From positions 64,001 to 128,000 of IMG/VR virus record IMGVR_UViG_3300037295_000263: DNA of 64,000 nucleotides. One strand, given 5' to 3'. This stretch comes from a virus. Lineage: Duplodnaviria; Caudoviricetes. Below the pieces are notes generated by a model. It saw only the letters and a program-made list of their open reading frames with translations, was not told the origin of the DNA and searched no databases. Made by a program: the position numbers and the translations under genes. How positions within the stretch are numbered: the first letter of the stretch is position 1; each line of letters begins with the position of its first letter. Below are positions 30,042 to 37,421 of the stretch, piece after piece.

Positions 30042-30824
30042 GTATAGTAACATATTTTTCTTTATTGCAGACTCCAATACGCTCAACTCAACTCCTGCAC
30101 TATTTGCATACTGACAAAATGCTGAAGTATCTTTCGGAAAACATGCTCCTGCAAATCCAAAGTTTCCATCTGGGCCAGGAACTGACATGTGCGAAGTTCC
30201 AATTCTGTCGTCGTGTGAAATCATGAATTTTATTTTTTCGTAATCTAAATTTGCAGATTTCGCTAGACTATATAATTCATTCATGAAAACCACTTTAGTT
30301 GCAAGGAAAGAGTTTACTGCATATTTAGAAAATGCAGCTTCTCCGATCGAGCATTGTAAAACTGATGTCACATGTGGTAATGATTCAAGAATAACTTCTT
30401 TTGCTTCAGTAACATACGCACTAATGTTTCCTCCGATAATAGAAAAATCCTGATGCATATAATCCCCAACTGCGTTAGCTGATGTCAGGAACTCAGGACA
30501 ATGCACAAGGTTTGGGTATGCTAAACTTAATTCTTCGTATTTTGAAGGCGGAGCAGTAGTTTTGCTAATAATCACTCCTTTGTATTCTTTTAAATTCTCT
30601 AAAACACTTTCTAGTATTGTTGTATTGCATGTTAAATCGATGTTCATTGGGCTAGGCACACAAACAAAAATTGCCCGACAATCCATTAAATCTTTGTAGG
30701 TGCCTGTTGATTTTTTTGGATCAATATCAACAATAACAGTGCTGGTAACTTTAAATTCGAATGACATTTTAACAGCATTTCCTACAAAGCCCTTGCCAAT
30801 AATACCAATTTTTTCAGTTATCAT
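30024..30824 (-). CDS. UDP-glucose/GDP-mannose dehydrogenase family protein lacking the C-terminal domain
   Basis: GKGFVG, FVCVPSP, CPEFL, KYAVNSFLA, GFAGACFPKD; ends shortly after the catalytic motif. Confidence 0.8.
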   Translation of the reverse strand: MITEKIGIIGKGFVGNAVKMSFEFKVTSTVIVDIDPKKSTGTYKDLMDCRAIFVCVPSPMNIDLTCNTTILESVLENLKEYKGVIISKTTAPPSKYEELSLAYPNLVHCPEFLTSANAVGDYMHQDFSIIGGNISAYVTEAKEVILESLPHVTSVLQCSIGEAAFSKYAVNSFLATKVVFMNELYSLAKSANLDYEKIKFMISHDDRIGTSHMSVPGPDGNFGFAGACFPKDTSAFCQYANSAGVELSVLESAIKKNMLLYLTSPK

Positions 30825-31926
30825 TTTTTAATTTTTCCAACATTGTGTTACAGCTAAAAAACTTTTCAGATAACACGATTACTTGTTTATTTAGGCCAAT
30901 TAAGTATGCATCGTAATTGTTCATGTATTGCGTAATTTTATTACATAATTCTTGTCTATGTAATAAGTAGGAATCAAACGATTCAGTCCATTCGCTAGGA
31001 TACTTAAATTCTTCTAGTGCCATTTCGCTATAGCTTAATCTATCAGGCACTAACGGAATAGCCCCTACCAATGCACCTTCATACCAACTTATGCCCAATG
31101 TTTCTTGAAGATTAGCACTGAATACCATTTTTGCTTCGCCTAACAAGTTATGATATTCATTTTTTGTCAATTGCTGATCTTGGCATACTACAAACTCATA
31201 TTGCGGTAACTGTTCTTTTAAGTCACGAAATATTTCAACTTGTTTTTCAGGAGCAATTCTGTGCGGGAATAAAATGAGATCACGCTTGGGCATATTCTTA
31301 TACATTGCCAAAGTGTCTGGCATATATTCCATAGGCCACCCTGTACGAACAATCTTTTCATATACACCACTTAGTACATCATTTAAATCTTCCTCGTACC
31401 AAGGGTTTTCACTAGTTAGTCCATCATTCAATCTTTCTTTAAAAAACAACTTAATGTGAAACTGGGTGGCAAAATAGTTATGATCAAATGCGTGGTAGAA
31501 GCTTTTTTCAGCATGACTTACCCAAGGCTTATTACCCACAATGCGTCCTAGGAAATCTTGAGGATCATATGCTCCTGCATGCCAAAGTCCGTGTGTAGTT
31601 ACAGGAATATCCAACAACTCGCTCATGTACTTTAAGTTGATAATTCCTGGATGCCACGCATCGCTAAAAATAAAATGGTCGCCGGCTGAAATGCGTCCAT
31701 TGCAAAATAGTCTGCCAATTTGCTCAACTTGATTAGCCTTGTATATATTTGTGCCGCCAAAGTTGAGAAAAGCTCCCGGAGTTGTAGCATTAGGTATATC
31801 GGTAGGTCCAGATATGACATGAACTTTGTGTCCTGTTTGTGATAAAAGTTTAGGAAGATGTTCTTTCCACTCGCCAGTATAACGAGTGGAAACATCTTCC
31901 AAATCAACGAGAAACAAATTTCTCAT
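30814..31926 (-). CDS. GT-B glycosyltransferase (GT4-like)
   Basis: LFPHRIAPEK and ETLGISWYE (E-x7-E). Start moved to ATG 31926 (MRNLFLVD); the longer extension lies inside the upstream gene. Confidence 0.75.
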   Translation of the reverse strand: MRNLFLVDLEDVSTRYTGEWKEHLPKLLSQTGHKVHVISGPTDIPNATTPGAFLNFGGTNIYKANQVEQIGRLFCNGRISAGDHFIFSDAWHPGIINLKYMSELLDIPVTTHGLWHAGAYDPQDFLGRIVGNKPWVSHAEKSFYHAFDHNYFATQFHIKLFFKERLNDGLTSENPWYEEDLNDVLSGVYEKIVRTGWPMEYMPDTLAMYKNMPKRDLILFPHRIAPEKQVEIFRDLKEQLPQYEFVVCQDQQLTKNEYHNLLGEAKMVFSANLQETLGISWYEGALVGAIPLVPDRLSYSEMALEEFKYPSEWTESFDSYLLHRQELCNKITQYMNNYDAYLIGLNKQVIVLSEKFFSCNTMLEKLKNDN

Positions 31927-32149
31927 TTTTATTCCAATTTCCTCTTGGCTTTCCGTTCCACGGACGCTTCGGACGCTTGCTGTATTGGTAAGCTTTCCAA
32001 TTTTCGTTGTCTCGTTTGTAAAGGTCTGCAGGATCAAAGTTTCGCAATTCGAAACGACAAAAATCTTGATATGCTTCAAGATCTTGAAAGATCTTAACAA
32101 TATTTGGGTTATTGTCAAAATAAGCATAACCTTTGTAGCTTTTAATCAT
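31904..32149 (-). CDS. Hypothetical protein
   Basis: 81 aa; AAGGA RBS; basic C-terminal tail. Confidence 0.65.
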   Translation of the reverse strand: MIKSYKGYAYFDNNPNIVKIFQDLEAYQDFCRFELRNFDPADLYKRDNENWKAYQYSKRPKRPWNGKPRGNWNKNEKFVSR

Positions 32150-32176
32150 TTTTAATTATTCCTTTAAATATTTTTT

Positions 32177-32536
32177 TTAAATTGGGTTGTATTCAACAAT
32201 GCCATCCGACTCGCCGTCTTCTGACACTACTATCTCGTAATACCTATCTGTACCGTAGCTAGGCATTAAGTGATTCTCTAAAATATCAGTTGCAATCATC
32301 TCACAACTTTTATGATTCATTTTACTATCTTTAATGTAATTTTGCAACGCCCATTTGACCAAAAAGAATTCTAATTCTCGGTCTAAATGCGAAACTGAAA
32401 TCTTTACTTCAACTTTAAACATGTGTCTGTGTTCAAATTCTAAAAATTTAATTCTACTGTCGATTTTACCAGCTTCAGGATAATAATGATATCCTTCAAA
32501 TTGTGTACGAACTTTTATATATGTGTCTGTATTCAT
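32177..32536 (-). CDS. T-fold QueD/PTPS-like protein (DpdL-like signature)
   Basis: FEGYH...LEFEHRHMF...SCEMIA...VSEDGE; lacks the CxxxHGH of canonical QueD. Confidence 0.7.
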   Translation of the reverse strand: MNTDTYIKVRTQFEGYHYYPEAGKIDSRIKFLEFEHRHMFKVEVKISVSHLDRELEFFLVKWALQNYIKDSKMNHKSCEMIATDILENHLMPSYGTDRYYEIVVSEDGESDGIVEYNPI

Positions 32537-32616
32537 ACTGATATTCTCACAAGCAATATTTTACTTAAAGTGGTTTCCATATTTTTCCTATTATTGTTAT
32601 TGGAATTGTATTTCAT
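32533..32616 (-). CDS. Mini-ORF (27 aa) bridging two genes
   Basis: MKYNSNNNNRKNMETTLSKILLVRISV; ATGA overlaps at both ends. Confidence 0.35.
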   Translation of the reverse strand: MKYNSNNNNRKNMETTLSKILLVRISV

Positions 32617-33134
32617 TTAGTAGCAGTGTCGTCTGTGTACTGGTCCCAGAATGTAAATTTATCTTTGTTCATTAAACTTTGCAGATGATGAGTCCATACT
32701 CCCGGATTAGTACTTCCCCAGGTTCGATCATCTAGTTTGAGTGTAGCGTTATAATTAAGTTCAGAAATATACGGTAACTTAACACTGATCATAGGAACAA
32801 ATTTATCGTGCTCGTTGTATCCACTTTCGAGTACTCCGTCTATATGTTTAACATCGAAGTCTAAACTGACCCAGAATTGTTTATTTAAACACCCGATAAT
32901 AATCTCATTCCATGCTTTGTATTCTTCAAACGAATTAGATTTAGGATTAAAACTTTGGCTAGTACCAAAGTAAATATGTTTAATATCTCCAGCATTTTCT
33001 GCTTGCTGCAGGATTTCATTTAACGGCGGGGTACCTACTACAAACAAAGTTTTCATACCGTAGCAAATAGTATGCTCTACTTCATACCCTGTAAAATAAA
33101 TAATATCCTGTCTTTCTTCTGTATTTAATCCCAT
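32613..33134 (-). CDS. Hypothetical protein in the deazaguanine cluster
   Basis: 173 aa, coupled to the MDR gene; no motif recognised. Confidence 0.7.
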   Translation of the reverse strand: MGLNTEERQDIIYFTGYEVEHTICYGMKTLFVVGTPPLNEILQQAENAGDIKHIYFGTSQSFNPKSNSFEEYKAWNEIIIGCLNKQFWVSLDFDVKHIDGVLESGYNEHDKFVPMISVKLPYISELNYNATLKLDDRTWGSTNPGVWTHHLQSLMNKDKFTFWDQYTDDTATK

Positions 33135-34021
33135 TTAATATATCCTCTGTTATAATTTGTTGGACGATTTTTTCCATCTGCAAATGCCTGTTGCCATTCT
33201 GTATTACGATTATAACATTTTGTCCAGAAAGAATCGACGATTATTTTTTTTGATTCTACCATATCTCGAGCCATTACCATTGCAGTATAAAATGTAAGTG
33301 TCCGTGGACTCGGATGAATAGTAGTACACGCTTTCCATAATTGAGCTTGCGCTTCTTTTTTGGAAACTGCTTTACCCACAGCGTCGATTATTAATGCTCC
33401 GTTGCATAATTCAATTACTGTGCCCAATTCATACTTTCCACTTAGATCTATAACTACATCGTAGCTGCTGGCAGTAGTAGTTACAAGAGTATCTTGCCAC
33501 AACTCTCGATTACTACTGCCTATTACATCTATCTCAAAATCAAGATTGCATGTTTTTATTGTATTATATGCAACCCAAGCAAGAAATCCACTGCCAATTA
33601 TTAAAAGTTTTTTATTATCACCCTCTAATAATTCTAAATTTTTTCTTGCTTGGAGAATAATATTAACTCCACATGCAACTGGTTCCAGTATATATCGAGG
33701 ATGTGCCTGCGGAATAGTTACGTATTCTTGATAGCGGACTTTATACTGATCAGCGTAAGCAGGTTCACCCCGAGTAGCAACATAATCTCCGATTTTAACA
33801 TCGGTTACATCGGCGCCTATTTCAAATACTTGACCAATACCTTCGTGTCCTTGCATGTGCGAAGGTAGCAGACCAAATTCTCCGTTCATCATATCGATGT
33901 CACTTCGACATACACCTGTCATTATTGCATTAACTTTAATTTCGTTTGCGCCTAATGGTTCATCGTAGAATGTAGTTTCGAAGAAATGTCCTTCACCGAT
34001 AGTTTGTAAAAGTCTTATCAT
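33125..34021 (-). CDS. Zn-dependent MDR-family (sugar/polyol) dehydrogenase
   Basis: GVCRSD, GHEGIG, EPVAC (C/H/E ligands), IGSGFL; no four-Cys structural Zn lobe. Confidence 0.75.
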   Translation of the reverse strand: MIRLLQTIGEGHFFETTFYDEPLGANEIKVNAIMTGVCRSDIDMMNGEFGLLPSHMQGHEGIGQVFEIGADVTDVKIGDYVATRGEPAYADQYKVRYQEYVTIPQAHPRYILEPVACGVNIILQARKNLELLEGDNKKLLIIGSGFLAWVAYNTIKTCNLDFEIDVIGSSNRELWQDTLVTTTASSYDVVIDLSGKYELGTVIELCNGALIIDAVGKAVSKKEAQAQLWKACTTIHPSPRTLTFYTAMVMARDMVESKKIIVDSFWTKCYNRNTEWQQAFADGKNRPTNYNRGYIKWD

Positions 34022-34911
34022 AAATTCTCAATTTGTTGATGTATCCATATATCTTGGGAAAGTTGCTCTTCCCAAAACTTATTATTATTTAGATTATTAA
34101 TAGCAGTTGATACCATAGTCTTGTAGGCTGATTCAGGACACAAGCCTAGCATATAAGACGATTCGGAAGTATCTGTAAAAAACGTAATGCTGCAGTTGTC
34201 ACGATTTAAATTAGTTTTCCAATTAGCACTAATATTCCATTCTTTATTATTGTTGAATTGTATATAACTATAATCATCTACATCATACGTTCCGTTTGAA
34301 TTAACAGTGCCATAATCAGTACTAAAAATGTCCGATAGATTGTAGTGTTGTTTCGAGTCAGATTTAACAGGTGCTACTTTTGAGTAATCTGCTAATATAC
34401 AATAATAACTAAGCATGTGAGGAATAAGATCCCTGCTTACTCCTCCATATGCCAATGCTTTCGTAGTAAACCAACTTCCAGGATAAGGAATCCTGTTAGA
34501 ATTATTCCATTGGATACTTATTTTATTACTACGTTCGCATTGAGATCGAAACAACTCAATTTCTTCTCTGTATTGATTATTCTTAATCATCATAAATCGA
34601 GTCTTTGGAAAATCCTTAACTAGCTGCGCCCATGCATTAGAATCTTTTACTCCTGGTTTTTCGATTAATACAATTTTACACTTATCTGCAATATTCCTTG
34701 CAATTGCTTCATGTGTAAAATTAGGAGTACAAATTACAGCAATATCATATTGCTTGGTTACTTCTTGGATATTGCCGTAAGTTGCATTTTTTTCAACATC
34801 AGTATCAACAGTATCTACATTGTACTCTAGTTCTAAAAATACATTTTTGTATAACTGTCCTATACCTAGACCTACTATTAAACTATTCAGTTTATTATCT
34901 GCTGATATCAT
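34018..34911 (-). CDS. Gfo/Idh/MocA family oxidoreductase
   Basis: VGLGIG, ICTPNFTH, LIEKP, GGVSRDLIPHML. Confidence 0.8.
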   Translation of the reverse strand: MISADNKLNSLIVGLGIGQLYKNVFLELEYNVDTVDTDVEKNATYGNIQEVTKQYDIAVICTPNFTHEAIARNIADKCKIVLIEKPGVKDSNAWAQLVKDFPKTRFMMIKNNQYREEIELFRSQCERSNKISIQWNNSNRIPYPGSWFTTKALAYGGVSRDLIPHMLSYYCILADYSKVAPVKSDSKQHYNLSDIFSTDYGTVNSNGTYDVDDYSYIQFNNNKEWNISANWKTNLNRDNCSITFFTDTSESSYMLGLCPESAYKTMVSTAINNLNNNKFWEEQLSQDIWIHQQIENL

Positions 34912-36611
34912 TTAATTTCATTTTCCAACTGATCAAGTTTAAGTTTTTCTTCTTCAGAAAATTCCCCGTCGTCATGTAATGTTGATGTGTCGTCGGATAC
35001 TTCCTTAAATAATTTAAAAAAATTATTACTAGAATTAACTGTCTTTTTACCTACCGCTCCTCGAGTTCCAGGTATAGCTTGCCAGAATTTATCATAATAA
35101 TCGATAATAGCAATGGCAGATTCCCTATCTTTTGCAGCAAAAATTTCATTTACTATGTCTTTAAAGTAGGTCCTGTTAAATTTCTCATCTACTAACATTG
35201 CAGGACATAACCCGGCATCGTACTGGCGATTAGCTTCTTGCACAGCACTAATATGCATCCATACATTATGGCCCATCATAATAGCATACGTGAAACTGTC
35301 CCAGCTAGTTTTGTTTACTTTACCCATCCTGTTTACGTTACCCGGTGCATAAACACATATTTCGTTCATCTTAACACCGTCTATAACTGGGCTATTTGTA
35401 AAGTTTTTAAAATGTCCATCTTGCACTAAGACGTCTCTGAATAAACGGGTATCGGCTGCGTATTTTTTGTCGTCAATACTAGGCAACATTCTGTAGATCC
35501 ACTTTTTCCGGTCTGCAATTTCTGTTTGGACATAGATTTGTCCATTTGCTGTTGCAAGAAACGGTGAGGCGCAATCAAAAGATATGGTAAAGTTTTCATT
35601 GTGATGTTTCCTTATAGCACGTTGTATATCGGTTAATAATAAAGCCCATTCTAGTTTACTAGTTCCTAGAAAGTGCATCCAGTCTTGCTGGCCTTTTTCT
35701 AGCAGACCATCGAATTTTAAAGCAACCAGTCTTCGTAATACCAAGTCTACGTCGCACATATTTTGTCCGCCCATCGCCCAACCATTAAAAGCTCGATCAC
35801 CGTAAATTTTAGGATCACAAAAATCTTTCATTTTATTATACCAGTCGTCTGCTTGACCATGATGTTCACCTTGCAGAACATTTAAAAATTTACAAGCACC
35901 AGTACGATTCTTGATAAAATATTCATTGTTATATTTGGTGGCCATTACTGCTTGATCATAATCTTTGACTCCGCTATTTTTGGCGCCGATAGGACTGCGC
36001 CCCACCCATGCTGGGATATCAAGTACCATACCATAATCCATTAATGCATCCATCCAAGTTAACACTTGTTCTCGCTTTTTTTGAGCAGCATCTAATTTTG
36101 CTTGATATACTTTGACGTGGTCAATTTTGGAATATTTTATAGCTCTTTTTTTGTCCGTTTTAGGATTACCAGTAACAGGATCTATTATAGGAACTAACTC
36201 GATTCCTTTAGCAACGGCATCTGCCATTAATGCAGCAACTTCGGGACCGGTAGGGTCCTTCCATTCCCCTTCCCATACTCCTTTGCCGATCTGGAATCCG
36301 CCCGAGTCGCCTAATACCCAACTGTTTGTACGGTCTCGATTTCTAAACATAGATTCTCTGTCGTCATTTTTATTAAGATCCAAATTTGCATGTCCTGCAG
36401 AATACAAGCAATGATCGAAATTAAACAGCCCGTTTACTGGATCTAAAAAATTAAGACCTTCGACATCCGTTACAAAATTTTGAGGAATTCTGCTTGGTTG
36501 TACATACGGGTATCTATGTCTTTGATATCCAATAAACGATGCATAGAATCCTGATGTAGCAGGAAGAAAGTATGCATAGTCGTTTTGAGTTGCTGTTAAA
36601 TTTTTATTCAT
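34908..36611 (-). CDS. dpdA: TGT-fold deazaguanine DNA transglycosylase (DpdA-like)
   Basis: LGDSGGFQ, LDIP, LNVLQG, GWAMGG, MHFLG, SFDCASP motifs of the TGT/DpdA family; clustered with folE and queE. Confidence 0.7.
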   Translation of the reverse strand: MNKNLTATQNDYAYFLPATSGFYASFIGYQRHRYPYVQPSRIPQNFVTDVEGLNFLDPVNGLFNFDHCLYSAGHANLDLNKNDDRESMFRNRDRTNSWVLGDSGGFQIGKGVWEGEWKDPTGPEVAALMADAVAKGIELVPIIDPVTGNPKTDKKRAIKYSKIDHVKVYQAKLDAAQKKREQVLTWMDALMDYGMVLDIPAWVGRSPIGAKNSGVKDYDQAVMATKYNNEYFIKNRTGACKFLNVLQGEHHGQADDWYNKMKDFCDPKIYGDRAFNGWAMGGQNMCDVDLVLRRLVALKFDGLLEKGQQDWMHFLGTSKLEWALLLTDIQRAIRKHHNENFTISFDCASPFLATANGQIYVQTEIADRKKWIYRMLPSIDDKKYAADTRLFRDVLVQDGHFKNFTNSPVIDGVKMNEICVYAPGNVNRMGKVNKTSWDSFTYAIMMGHNVWMHISAVQEANRQYDAGLCPAMLVDEKFNRTYFKDIVNEIFAAKDRESAIAIIDYYDKFWQAIPGTRGAVGKKTVNSSNNFFKLFKEVSDDTSTLHDDGEFSEEEKLKLDQLENEIK

Positions 36612-37345
36612 TATTTACTCTGCGCTGGAAGTATGTAGTTGTACTCTGCTAATCCGCTATCGACAGCAATCATCATAACACCAGCGTCTGAAATTTTTAC
36701 ATTCTTATTTCCGTCTAGATTGAGAATGCTCATAACAATACCAACAGGCCAAGATAATGATTGTTTTAAATTACCAGTAATGCCTGATTGAAAAGTAAAG
36801 CTGCCTGCGTGTGTACTAGCATCTCCAAACAAGAATACTAAGTTACCATTTTCTGTTTTAACGTGAAAAACATTTTCTTCAGTGTGTGCAGATGCTTGCA
36901 GTTTTAATCTGCCAATGCTAGACATCGATGGTTCAAATTCGATATTCCACGTAGCACCTTTGAATTTAACTGTTTTTAGTTTTTCGTTAATAATATCGTG
37001 AACCATGAATCTATAATCGTTTTGAAAATCTCCAGCCGCATTTTCAAAATGCAAACTAGTAGGCATATCAACGCCATTGCGATTAGAAATAACAACCTCG
37101 ATTTTTGCATTATCTTTATATTCAGGATTCTTTAAATGTAAACTTAACTTATCTAAGTTAGGCATACCGAAAACTGAATCTGCAAATTGTGCTACATCTT
37201 TTTTTGTTTTACATACCAAAATAACACTACGGTCATCTGACATCGATTCGATGTGTGTGCCTGTACTATCGCCAGTAATCTTTACTAATGGGATAACACC
37301 TAAGCTATAAGTGTGTGCTACAATGTCCATTAAAATATCTTGCAT
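36611..37345 (-). CDS. Putative sliding clamp (T4 gp45-like)
   Basis: 244 aa, two-domain alpha/beta size, directly downstream of the polymerase. Start at ATG 37345 after AAGGAG. Confidence 0.6.
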   Translation of the reverse strand: MQDILMDIVAHTYSLGVIPLVKITGDSTGTHIESMSDDRSVILVCKTKKDVAQFADSVFGMPNLDKLSLHLKNPEYKDNAKIEVVISNRNGVDMPTSLHFENAAGDFQNDYRFMVHDIINEKLKTVKFKGATWNIEFEPSMSSIGRLKLQASAHTEENVFHVKTENGNLVFLFGDASTHAGSFTFQSGITGNLKQSLSWPVGIVMSILNLDGNKNVKISDAGVMMIAVDSGLAEYNYILPAQSK

Positions 37346-37367
37346 TAAAATTTCTCCTTTATAATAT

Positions 37368-37396
37368 ATTGTATTTAGGTTTGAGTTGAAACTCAA
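37368..37396 (-). promoter_or_regulatory. Sigma70-type promoter TTGAGT-N17-TACAAT
   Basis: Upstream of the clamp-dpdA run; overlaps a small inverted repeat. Confidence 0.55.
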
Positions 37397-37421
37397 CTTT
37401 TATTTCTACCGTTTAATTCTC

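Noticed and set aside
31927-32127. Long N-terminal extension of the glycosyltransferase in the ORF track
   Set aside because: Lies within the 31904..32149 gene in another frame; ATG 31926 gives a normal short overlap. Similar over-long starts were trimmed at 24222, 26862, 37396, 42196, 42806, 43314, 43627 and 52851.
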